Shown piece after piece: positions 20,532 through 29,752 of a stretch of 64,000 bases of DNA. The DNA is from Promethearchaeota archaeon (GTDB taxonomy: Archaea > Asgardarchaeota > Lokiarchaeia > Sigyniarchaeales > SOKP01). The position numbers and the translations under genes were made by a program. The notes beneath the pieces are model-generated. The model ran no database searches, was not told the origin of the DNA, and saw only the letters and a list, made by a program, of their open reading frames with translations. Numbering within the stretch: the first letter of the stretch is position 1; each line of letters begins with the position of its first letter. The stretch spans positions 12,933-76,932 of the forward strand of contig JBHLNT010000006.1 in assembly GCA_048941265.1 (NCBI GenBank), given 5' to 3'.

Positions 20532-20585
20532 AAACGGTCGCTTCCGCAAATCGTTTTTCTTCTACCATTTTAAAGAAAAACTCAT
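20532..20585 (-). promoter_or_regulatory. SECIS-like element 2 (eukaryote-type core) plus conserved 3' mini-hairpin
   Basis: RNA: AUGA-G-UUUUUCUU-UAAAAUGGUAG-AAGAAAAA-C-GAU-UU-GCGG-AAGCGA-CCGU-UU; begins 3 nt after the stop of 20589..20969; perfect 9-bp stem. Confidence 0.82.
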
Positions 20586-20588
20586 ATT

Positions 20589-20969
20589 TTAACCATATAC
20601 ATCTTTTTGTTTCTTTATAAATAATAAACCAATTTGTTCACCGTTCAATTCCCCAATTGCAATATCGATAAATACTACTTTTTTTTCCTTGAATTCTGAG
20701 ATCAAATCGTTTTCTATGTAAATTTCAATATCAGGGTTATCTTCAATCTCTTTCCATTGAAAAAAATTTTCCTTCTCATCAAGAACTTTATGCTTTTCCA
20801 CCAATTCGATGACATTACCACAGAATGCCATCGTTCAATTTCCTCCAGAATAGTAAAAAATTGCTAGGACAAATTTATCTACCTGGTTCAATAACTCATT
20901 CTCTTCAAATGGTTTATTTTTATTGTTTATATAATCCAATGCTTTTTTTGAGATTTGTATCTTAAACAA
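20589..20969 (-). CDS. putative selenoprotein, HesB/IscA-like (U-x4-C), paralog C; ORF track shows only the post-UGA part
   Basis: TTG start after AGGTGG; 126 aa: MFKIQISKKALDYINNKNKPFEENELLNQVDKFVLAIFYYSGGN-U-TMAFCGNVIELVEK...IEIYIENDL...; in-frame TGA at 20835-20837. Confidence 0.82.
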
Positions 20970-21194
20970 AAACCACCTATTATAATACTTGAATAATTTA
21001 TACTAGTGAAATTAATAGATAAATTTTTTCAAAAAGCTTTGGAATTCTCAATCTTTAAACATTAACTTCAAAAGCCAGAAGGATTTTTTTATGATCAATA
21101 ATTACCAATACCATTAAGTAGAAATATCATTAGTTCTACATTTTTTTTAAAGATTTAACAATAAACTGTTAAGTAAAAATTTAATTAAATTAGA

Positions 21195-24062
21195 GTGGAA
21201 ATAATGGATATAAACGCATATTCATTGGAAGTTCAAGATGTAGTTAACAAAATGGATACTTCATTGGAAACAGGATTATCGGAAAAAGAAGTAAATAGAA
21301 GAATTGAAGAATATGGTTTTAATGAGTTAAGAGAAACTAAAAAAATTTCAGCATGGGAAATCTTTTTGAGTCAGTTTAAAGATTTTCTGGTTTACTTATT
21401 ATTGTTTGCAATTGCTATATCCCTTATTGTTGGATTTTATGCACTCTCTGTTGGGGACGAACCTACTGAGTTCTTAGATGCTTTAGTAATTTTCATAATA
21501 TTAATTGTCAATGCGGTTTTAGGATTTTATCAAGAGTATAAAGCTGAAAAAGCATTAGAAAGCTTAAAAAGGATGGCCCCCCATAATGCTAAAGTTAAAA
21601 GAAATGGGATCATAAAAGAAATCGAGGTAAAAAATGTAGTGCCCGGAGATATCTTGCAATTGGATGAGGGCGATAAATTACCTGCTGATGCAAGGTTGAC
21701 AAAAGCATATTCGTTATATATTGACGAAGCGATTCTTACTGGTGAATCTCAACCTGTTGGAAAAAATCTTAAATTAATTGAAGAAAAAACAATTCTCGCA
21801 GAACGTAAGAATATGGTATATAGTAATACAATAATTACTCGAGGTAACGGAGAAGCAATTGCTGTAGCAACCGGAATGCAGACAGAGATTGGAAAAATTG
21901 CTGAAAAAATTCAAGCAGAAGAACCTCAACCAAGCCCATTTCAAATTGAAGTTGACCGTTTTGGAAAAACATTAGGAAAATTTATAATGATCATATGTTT
22001 TTTGGTTTTTTTAATAGAATTCTTTATAATCATATTAACTGAGGGTTTAGAATTTGGAAGGGAAGAAATTGATCATATAGTTGCCGCTTTAACGATAGCA
22101 ATAAGTCTTGCAGTTTCTGCTGTACCAGAAGGATTAGTAGTTGTAATAACAGTAGTTATGAGTATTGGAATGAGAAAGATGGCAGATAGAAATGCATTGG
22201 TGAAGACTCTTACTGCTGTTGAAACTTTAGGACGGGTAAATATAATATGCTCAGATAAAACAGGTACACTCACTAAAAATGAGATGACTATCGTAAAACT
22301 ATTTCTCGGAGGAAATGAATATAATGTAGAGGGCGTGGGTTATAATATTGAGGGAAAAATTTTAAATGAATCTGGAAATACTGTGTCATTGGACTTACCC
22401 TATTTAAAGAGATTTTTAGAAGTAGGGAATTTTTGTAATAATTCAAATGTAATTGTTAATGAGGATGGAGTAAATACAGATGTTGTGGGAGACCCGACTG
22501 AGATCTGCTTTAAAATTTTAGCATTGAAAATGGGTCTTGATACAAAAGCTGAGAAGCTTAATGAAATCCCCTTTAGCTCTGATAGAAAAATGATGTCTGT
22601 TGCAATAAAAATCGATAATAAAATATATTCTTTTCTTAAAGGAGCACCCGATGTTTTATTAAAAAATGCAACAAAAGGACTTTATAATGGTGAAGAAAAA
22701 CCAATTAAAGAGCTTATTGACACATTTCTTAAAAAAAATGAAGAGTATGGTAAGAATGCTTTAAGAGTATTAGGATTGGCATATAAACCGCTTAATGAAG
22801 TTTTTAATGAAGAAGATATGGAAAAAGATTATATATATCTCGGACTTGTAGGCATTATTGATCCCGCTCGAGATGAGGTTAAAAAATCAATAGTTCAAGC
22901 AAGAATGGCAGGAATTCGAACTATTATGATCACAGGAGATCATAAAATTACCGCAATTGCGATTGCTAAAGAGATTGGTTTAACTGATTCCGATGATGCT
23001 ATAACAGGTGCGGAGTTAGAGGAGATGTCGGATGAAAATTTAGCAAATCAGCTTCAAAATGTTGATGTATTTGCAAGAGTAACATCGGAGCATAAATTAC
23101 GTATCCTTAAAGTCTTAAAGACTCAAGAAAATGTAGTTTCGATGACAGGTGATGGAGTTAACGATGCCCCCGCGGTAAAAGGAGCAAACGTTGGAGTTGC
23201 AATGGGCTTAAAGGGAACCGAAGTCACCCAAGAAGCGTCGGATATGATCCTTATTGATGATAATTATGCTACCATTGTAAATGCGATCGAAGAAGGAAGG
23301 GGTATTTTTGAAACTACTAAAAGTTTCTTTAGATATATGTTAAGCGCGAATTTTGATGAAATAATCCTAATCTTAACAGCATGGATTCTTATGAAGCTTT
23401 TTGTTAATATTTATCTCGCGATACCCCTTGAACCTATACAAATATTATGGTTAAATATTGCCACTGATGGTATTCCCGCGATGGTCTTGGGTTTAACTCC
23501 TACTGATCCTGATGTAATGAATTTTAAACCACGTAAAGGTTTTAATATGATTGCTGATATCAAGAAAGCTATTATATTTGTGGCTGTTTTTGCAGCTATT
23601 ACTGATGTGGTATTATATGTTGTTTGTTGGTCAATTTTAATTCCTGCTTGGAGTGATCCAAATTCACCGTGGTATGATCCTCGTTTAGTCAATGGAACTA
23701 CGATTTGGGGCGTGAAATATACAGCAGAGGAGTATCAAATTGGTGTAGTACAAACGATTGTTTTTACTAATGTAGTCTTTTTCGAATTATTTTTTGTATT
23801 TTCATGTACTTCTGAATATAAACCAATGTGGGATTTCCCAAACAAACATTTATTCTGGGCCACAGCAATATCATTTGGATTACAAATTGCAATTTTATTT
23901 ACACCACTTTGCATCGCATTCCACGCAGTACCGATGGATCGATGGTTTCACTGGTTAGCAATTTTTTTAGGTTCAATTTTTATTCTACCTGCGGAAGAAA
24001 CAAGAAAATACTTTAAGAGAAGAAATCTTCAGAAAAGTCCACAAAATTTTGAGATCTCATAA
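21195..24062 (+). CDS. P-type (P2A, Ca2+-like) cation-transporting ATPase, copy 1
   Basis: TGES, PEGL, CSDKTGT, KGAPD, MITGD, MTGDGVNDAPA; M5 SANFDE, M6 LWLNIATDG, M8 FFELF. Confidence 0.95.
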   Translation: MEIMDINAYSLEVQDVVNKMDTSLETGLSEKEVNRRIEEYGFNELRETKKISAWEIFLSQFKDFLVYLLLFAIAISLIVGFYALSVGDEPTEFLDALVIFIILIVNAVLGFYQEYKAEKALESLKRMAPHNAKVKRNGIIKEIEVKNVVPGDILQLDEGDKLPADARLTKAYSLYIDEAILTGESQPVGKNLKLIEEKTILAERKNMVYSNTIITRGNGEAIAVATGMQTEIGKIAEKIQAEEPQPSPFQIEVDRFGKTLGKFIMIICFLVFLIEFFIIILTEGLEFGREEIDHIVAALTIAISLAVSAVPEGLVVVITVVMSIGMRKMADRNALVKTLTAVETLGRVNIICSDKTGTLTKNEMTIVKLFLGGNEYNVEGVGYNIEGKILNESGNTVSLDLPYLKRFLEVGNFCNNSNVIVNEDGVNTDVVGDPTEICFKILALKMGLDTKAEKLNEIPFSSDRKMMSVAIKIDNKIYSFLKGAPDVLLKNATKGLYNGEEKPIKELIDTFLKKNEEYGKNALRVLGLAYKPLNEVFNEEDMEKDYIYLGLVGIIDPARDEVKKSIVQARMAGIRTIMITGDHKITAIAIAKEIGLTDSDDAITGAELEEMSDENLANQLQNVDVFARVTSEHKLRILKVLKTQENVVSMTGDGVNDAPAVKGANVGVAMGLKGTEVTQEASDMILIDDNYATIVNAIEEGRGIFETTKSFFRYMLSANFDEIILILTAWILMKLFVNIYLAIPLEPIQILWLNIATDGIPAMVLGLTPTDPDVMNFKPRKGFNMIADIKKAIIFVAVFAAITDVVLYVVCWSILIPAWSDPNSPWYDPRLVNGTTIWGVKYTAEEYQIGVVQTIVFTNVVFFELFFVFSCTSEYKPMWDFPNKHLFWATAISFGLQIAILFTPLCIAFHAVPMDRWFHWLAIFLGSIFILPAEETRKYFKRRNLQKSPQNFEIS

Positions 24063-24120
24063 AAAGCGATCAGATTAAACAAGTTTAAACCTTTTTTTTT
24101 ATGTTCTGTATACATCTAAG

Positions 24121-24159
24121 TATTTTAAAAATTTAAACTAAATATTTTAAAAATTTAAA
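24121..24159. repeat. 17-bp direct repeat (TATTTTAAAAATTTAAA x2, period 22)
   Basis: Copies at 24121-24137 and 24143-24159 in the spacer between the two ATPase genes; very AT-rich. Confidence 0.4.
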
Positions 24160-24277
24160 AATCCAAATTTATGACTATGACACTTTATTCCTTTAGGTTA
24201 TCTTTTTAAATCTTATTTATTTTTTAATTTCATGTCATCTTTATTTTTTAATTATTTATTGAAATTGCGGATCAATT

Positions 24278-27136
24278 ATGACGATTAAAGAAGTATATCC
24301 TCATGCGATGGATATTAATGAAGTCGCAAAATCATTGGACACATTATTAAGCACGGGAATATCAGACCAAGAAGCTGAGAAACGATTAGATGAATATGGT
24401 TTAAATGAATTAATCCAAAGAAAAAAAATCTCTCCGCTTGCTATTTTTATTGAGCAGTTTAAAGATTTTCTCGTTTATTTGCTATTTTTTGCAATCGGCA
24501 TTTCGATAATTGTGGGCTTTTATGAACTTTCCAAGGGTGGATTTCCCTCAGAATTCTTAGATGCCTTAGTTATTTTCATTATTTTAATTTTAAATGCAAT
24601 TTTGGGATTTTATCAGGAATTTAAGGCGGAAAAATCCTTAGAAAGCTTGAAAAAATTAGCCCCTCATTACGCTAAGGTCAAGAGAGGGGGAAAAATTAAA
24701 CAAATCAGTGTTAAAGAAGTGGTGCCCGGAGATGTCATTCAACTAGACGAGGGTGAAAAAATACCTGCCGACGCTCGATTAACAAAGGCTTTCTCGTTAT
24801 ATGTAGATGAAGCTATTCTTACTGGAGAGTCAAAACCAGTTCATAAAAATTTAGATTTAGTGGACAAAAAAACGATATTGGCAGATAGAAAGAATAGTAT
24901 CTACAGCAACACTATAATAACAAGGGGAAACGGAGAGGCAATTGTTATCGCTACAGGGATGCAAACTGAAGTTGGAAAAATTGCCGAAAAAATTCAAGAA
25001 GAAGAGCCAGAACCAAGTCCTTTTCAGCAAGAAGTTGATCGATTCGGAAGATTTCTTGGAAAAATGATTATGCTTGTATGTTTTCTCGTATTTGCTATAG
25101 AATTAGTAATTATTATAACCTTTGAGGGACTTAGATTTCAGGCAGAAGAAATAGAAGAGATTATAAATGCGTTAACAGTTGCGATAAGCCTTGCAGTTTC
25201 TGCCGTACCAGAAGGGTTGGTAGTAGTTATTACGGTTGTAATGAGTTTAGGAATGAGACGAATGGCCGATAAAAATGCATTAGTAAAAACTCTTACTGCT
25301 GTTGAGACGTTAGGACGTGTAAACGTCATATGCTCAGATAAAACAGGAACATTGACTAAAAACGAAATGACGGTCGTACGGATTTTTATCAATGATGAGG
25401 TCTATAAAGTTGATGGAGTAGGATATAATATAATTGGGAAAATCCTTGATGAAAATAATAATGTAATACAAATGAATCTTAATCTGATGCGTTTTTTAGA
25501 AGTTAGTATGTTTTGCAATAATTCTAGTGTAAATATCATGAATGATGATGGTGATACGGAAGTTGTGGGCGATCCTACAGAAATTTCGTTAAAAGTTTTG
25601 GCAATGAAAATGAATATAGCAACGAAAATAGAAAAAATCGATGAGATACCTTTTAACTCAGATAGAAAAATGATGACTGTTATCGCAAGAATTAATGGGG
25701 AATTATTTGCACTAATTAAAGGAGCACCAGATGTCTTATTGAAAAAAGCAAGTAAAATTTTATACCAGGATCAGGATGTACCAATAGAGAAAGCTGAAAA
25801 AATGATTTTGGAGCAAAATGAATATTTTGCAAAAGAAGCTTTACGAGTATTAGGAATAGCTTATAAACCTCTAATTGAAGGATATAATGAAGAAGAGGTT
25901 GAAAAAGATTTTATTTTCTTAGGTTTAGTTGGGATCATCGATCCTGCTAGAGATGAAGTAAAAGGGTCTATAGAAGAAGCAAGAAATGCGGGCATCAGAA
26001 CTATAATGATTACAGGAGATCATAAAATTACTGCAATTGCGATAGCTAGACAAATTGGATTAACAGATAATGATGAGGCGATTACTGGGGCTGAATTGGA
26101 AGAAATGTCCGATGCTGAATTAGCGCATAGAGTTAAAAATACCGATGTTTTTGCAAGAGTAACTTCCGAACATAAACTTCGCATTTTAAACGCACTAAAA
26201 GCTGAACAAGATATTGTTTCCATGACAGGAGATGGAGTAAATGATGCCCCCGCCGTAAAAGGTGCAAATGTTGGAGTCGCGATGGGGCTTAAAGGAACAG
26301 AAGTTACCCAAGAAGCGGCAGATATGATCCTAATTGATGATAATTACACTACGATCGTTAATGCTATTGAGGAAGGGAGAGGAATATTCGAAACTACTAA
26401 GAGTTTTTTTAGATACATGCTAAGTTGTAATTTTGACGAAATCATAATGATTTTAGTAGCATGGATTTTGATGAAAATTTATGTTAATGTTTATCTAGCT
26501 CAACCACTAGAAGCTATACAAATTTTATGGTTAAATGTTGCAACAGATGGAATTCCAGCAATGGTATTAGGATTAACTCCAACAGAACCTAATGTTATGG
26601 AACATAAGCCACGTAAAGGCTTTAATATGATTTCAGATATAAAAAAGGCAATCATCTTTGCTGCAGTCTTTGCTGCAATAACAGATGTAGGATTATATGT
26701 AATAGTATGGTGGTTAATTAGAGGTCCTACAGGAGATGGGGGGATTTGGATGAATATGGACCCCCGGCTAGTAAATGGAGCGACTTTCTGGGGAATTAAA
26801 TATTCTGCAGAAGAATATCAAATAGCAGTGGCACAATCTATTGTTTTTACAAATGTCGTATTTTTTGAATTATTTTTTGTATTTTCATGCACCTCTGAAA
26901 GTAGACCTGTATGGGAATTTCGAAATAAGCACTTATTTTGGGCCACTGGAATTTCATTCGCCTTACACTTATGTATTCTATTTACACCATTAGCTATTGC
27001 TTTCCATACAGTCCCAATGGATAGATGGTATCACTGGGCAGCTATCTTTTTAGGCTCAGTCTTTATAATTCCAGCTGAAGAAATGAGAAAATACTTAGTT
27101 AGACGAAAAAAAAAAGCAATGGAAATAATTTATTGA
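24278..27136 (+). CDS. P-type (P2A, Ca2+-like) cation-transporting ATPase, copy 2
   Basis: Same motif set; colinear tandem paralog of 21195..24062. Confidence 0.95.
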   Translation: MTIKEVYPHAMDINEVAKSLDTLLSTGISDQEAEKRLDEYGLNELIQRKKISPLAIFIEQFKDFLVYLLFFAIGISIIVGFYELSKGGFPSEFLDALVIFIILILNAILGFYQEFKAEKSLESLKKLAPHYAKVKRGGKIKQISVKEVVPGDVIQLDEGEKIPADARLTKAFSLYVDEAILTGESKPVHKNLDLVDKKTILADRKNSIYSNTIITRGNGEAIVIATGMQTEVGKIAEKIQEEEPEPSPFQQEVDRFGRFLGKMIMLVCFLVFAIELVIIITFEGLRFQAEEIEEIINALTVAISLAVSAVPEGLVVVITVVMSLGMRRMADKNALVKTLTAVETLGRVNVICSDKTGTLTKNEMTVVRIFINDEVYKVDGVGYNIIGKILDENNNVIQMNLNLMRFLEVSMFCNNSSVNIMNDDGDTEVVGDPTEISLKVLAMKMNIATKIEKIDEIPFNSDRKMMTVIARINGELFALIKGAPDVLLKKASKILYQDQDVPIEKAEKMILEQNEYFAKEALRVLGIAYKPLIEGYNEEEVEKDFIFLGLVGIIDPARDEVKGSIEEARNAGIRTIMITGDHKITAIAIARQIGLTDNDEAITGAELEEMSDAELAHRVKNTDVFARVTSEHKLRILNALKAEQDIVSMTGDGVNDAPAVKGANVGVAMGLKGTEVTQEAADMILIDDNYTTIVNAIEEGRGIFETTKSFFRYMLSCNFDEIIMILVAWILMKIYVNVYLAQPLEAIQILWLNVATDGIPAMVLGLTPTEPNVMEHKPRKGFNMISDIKKAIIFAAVFAAITDVGLYVIVWWLIRGPTGDGGIWMNMDPRLVNGATFWGIKYSAEEYQIAVAQSIVFTNVVFFELFFVFSCTSESRPVWEFRNKHLFWATGISFALHLCILFTPLAIAFHTVPMDRWYHWAAIFLGSVFIIPAEEMRKYLVRRKKKAMEIIY

Positions 27137-27405
27137 TTTCCTTTTTTTCTTTCATTTTTAAAGTTGTTTTTTTCTTAGAAAGTAAAATTATATTTAGTTA
27201 AATTTCAATATTCTATATTTTGAATCTTCGGTGAAAATTCATTATTTTATTAAAGTGTATTAAGCTGATACATTTTCTCTCAAGTCTAAAATCTTAGTTA
27301 TAATTATATTTATCATTATTTTTAGGGCTATTTTTTATTAAAATAATTCTTGGATTATTCATATTTGGAAATTGATGATAATTTAACTAAAGTTTTTTAG
27401 CAAAA

Positions 27406-28479
27406 GTGACTTCACTAAATTTAATAAATAATTATTCAAAATTAAAAATAAGAGTTGAAATCATATTGAGTGTAGATATAACCGAAGGTATTGGAAGTGG
27501 GAAAGTTACAATTAAAGTTATTACAACAAACACAGTAAGCATTACGGTATTGACTGAAAAAAAATTTGGGGGAAAAGTCATACAACCTGAAGCTAAAGCT
27601 AATAGAGCAGTAGGAGAACATGGATTATCAATGAGTATTGAAATAGAAGGAGAGGGAAGTTCTCATCTTTTCTTATTCGATACAGGAGGACTCTCACAAG
27701 CGATAATTGAGAATGGTAAACAACTAGGATTAAAACTGAATGATGTTGAAAAACTAATTATTAGTCATGGACATTTTGATCATTGGGGAGGTTTAACTGC
27801 TGTTATCCCATTGCTTAAAGAGGGAACAGAAATTATTTTAAATCCTAAATGTTTTGAGCAAAATTATGCAGCAATCAGTAAAACTGGCGAAGAGATTCCT
27901 GCTGAAGAATTAAGTGCAAATCTTAAACAATTGGAAAAAGAAGGAAAACTTAGAATGAGCAGAAAATTACCTCTATTTAATAAGAATATGGTAAATGATT
28001 TAGCAGATAAACATAACCTAAAACTTATAGAAACTAACACACCTACTAAACTATATAATGGAATAACTACAAGTGGCGAAATAGAACTATTTGATGATGA
28101 TGAGGTGACAAAGAATTTATATATTCAAAAAAGTAGAAAAGAATTTGAAAAGCATCTATTCAGAGATGAAACTTCTATTTATATAAATATAAAAGATAAA
28201 GGTTTAGTTGTTTTAACTGGTTGTGGGCACTGTGGTATATTAAATACAATTAAGCATGCTCAAAAATTAACTGGCATTGACAAAATTTATGCTGTTATAG
28301 GAGGTTTCCATGAAGAATGGAACCCAATTGAGAAAATAGAGAAGAAAGTGAAATATTTTGAAGAACTTAATCCGGAAATAATCTGTGGCATGCATTGTAC
28401 CGGTTTTGAATTTAATAAATTAATGTCCCGACACCCCTCCCACACACTTGGAGTTTCAGGAACTGAGTTTCATCTCTAA
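27406..28479 (+). CDS. MBL-fold metallo-hydrolase (MJ0448/COG1237-like)
   Basis: GEHGLS, FDTG, ISHGHFDHWGGL, TGCGHCG, GGFH, HCTG; start may be TTG at 27466. Confidence 0.88.
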   Translation: MTSLNLINNYSKLKIRVEIILSVDITEGIGSGKVTIKVITTNTVSITVLTEKKFGGKVIQPEAKANRAVGEHGLSMSIEIEGEGSSHLFLFDTGGLSQAIIENGKQLGLKLNDVEKLIISHGHFDHWGGLTAVIPLLKEGTEIILNPKCFEQNYAAISKTGEEIPAEELSANLKQLEKEGKLRMSRKLPLFNKNMVNDLADKHNLKLIETNTPTKLYNGITTSGEIELFDDDEVTKNLYIQKSRKEFEKHLFRDETSIYINIKDKGLVVLTGCGHCGILNTIKHAQKLTGIDKIYAVIGGFHEEWNPIEKIEKKVKYFEELNPEIICGMHCTGFEFNKLMSRHPSHTLGVSGTEFHL

Positions 28480-28508
28480 TCTAAAACTTATTTTTTTTAT
28501 TTTTCTTC

Positions 28509-29588
28509 TTAAATCTCTTCAAATGTTTTAAAAAATAAGCCAATTCCTATAATTTTAAAAGTATCTTGTATATTTATATTATTTAAGGCAGAGGTTTCTA
28601 TGAAAAAACAGCCTAATTCTTCGGATTTTTTCAGACCCTCTTCTTTAGAAACTTGTCTTTGGTCTTCTAAATCTATTTTATTTCCTATAAGAACAAAAGG
28701 TACGTTTCCTAATTCTTTACGAGCATCTTTATACCAGATATCTATAGCCTCCTCAAATGTCTTTCTTCGAGTGATATCATAAACCAAAAAAACACATTTC
28801 GCTCCAATATAATATTTATGCCTAATTAACTTAAAATATTCTTGACCTGCAATATCATATATCAAGAATTTAATAAGTTCATTCTCAAAACCTTGAATAT
28901 AATATTGTTGACTGGAAATTGAGATTCCTAAAGTGGGTCTATAATCTGAACTTTGCTTTTTCTGAAGAAAATTATTAACTAAGGTTGTTTTTCCAACCGC
29001 AGCAGAACCTAATACGATTAGTTTAAAAGCATGCCTTCTTGGTTTTTCGCTACTTATGCGATGTGTTAATTTAGCACTCATATTTAATGATTTTGACGGA
29101 TCGACAGCATGACGATTCAATTCTAGGGAAAATTCACCGCTAATGTTTAAATCTGGAATTTTTAAACTATTATATTTAGGATCAAAACTATTTTCTAAAA
29201 TTTGAGCAATTTTCTCCACGACTAGATATGCAATTGGAAAAAATTTATTTAAATCTATATCAAGATTACAAACACATAATAAAATAGCTTCAGGACCAGA
29301 CTCAAGATAAACAATTCGATTATTAGGAGTTTCAAATGAACCTGTGCCAAATTGACCAATTTGATATTCTAATGATATCTTATTTAATAATTCTTCAATG
29401 GTTGCTGAAATTGGAGAATGAATCTCTTTTGATTTGATATCATTAATTTTATTATTTAGTTTCAATTCGCCATATTTTGCGATTAATAGCCCTTGTCGTG
29501 AATAGAGAAAGACAATCTCGATATCGTTTCGTGCATCAATAAAATTCTTTAATAATTGAGAAATTCTTTCTTGCTTTATAATTACCAT
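28509..29588 (-). CDS. roadblock/LC7-like domain fused to a Rab-like small GTPase
   Basis: N-terminal 'IEIVFLYSRQGLLIAK...IVYLESGPEAILLCV'; C-terminal GSAAVGKT, PTLG, DIAGQE, GNKID, ETSA. Confidence 0.88.
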   Translation of the reverse strand: MVIIKQERISQLLKNFIDARNDIEIVFLYSRQGLLIAKYGELKLNNKINDIKSKEIHSPISATIEELLNKISLEYQIGQFGTGSFETPNNRIVYLESGPEAILLCVCNLDIDLNKFFPIAYLVVEKIAQILENSFDPKYNSLKIPDLNISGEFSLELNRHAVDPSKSLNMSAKLTHRISSEKPRRHAFKLIVLGSAAVGKTTLVNNFLQKKQSSDYRPTLGISISSQQYYIQGFENELIKFLIYDIAGQEYFKLIRHKYYIGAKCVFLVYDITRRKTFEEAIDIWYKDARKELGNVPFVLIGNKIDLEDQRQVSKEEGLKKSEELGCFFIETSALNNINIQDTFKIIGIGLFFKTFEEI

Positions 29589-29752
29589 TTATCTTTCTAA
29601 TACTGGATTAGTTTATAGATATAAATTCTACTATCGTATTTCAGTCTGAAAATTAAATGTTTTCAATAATTTTAAATCTTTTTTAAAATTTACTTTATTA
29701 ATAATTTAGACATATTAAAAGATAATTCTATATAATTAACGAGAGAATAAGA

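Noticed and set aside
19578-20552. The two GC-rich 21-bp near-repeats as CRISPR repeats or IS ends
   Set aside because: Only two copies ~950 bp apart in direct orientation, no spacer array, cas or transposase genes; their position behind UGA genes fits an RNA element.
20589-20831. ORF-track 80-aa protein starting MAFCGN
   Set aside because: It is the post-UGA half of a longer gene; the upstream frame has an SD plus TTG start and is homologous to the N-termini of the neighbouring paralogs.
24121-24159. AT-rich direct repeat as a transcription-factor operator
   Set aside because: Composed only of A/T in a very AT-rich spacer and may arise by chance or slippage; listed as a low-confidence repeat only.
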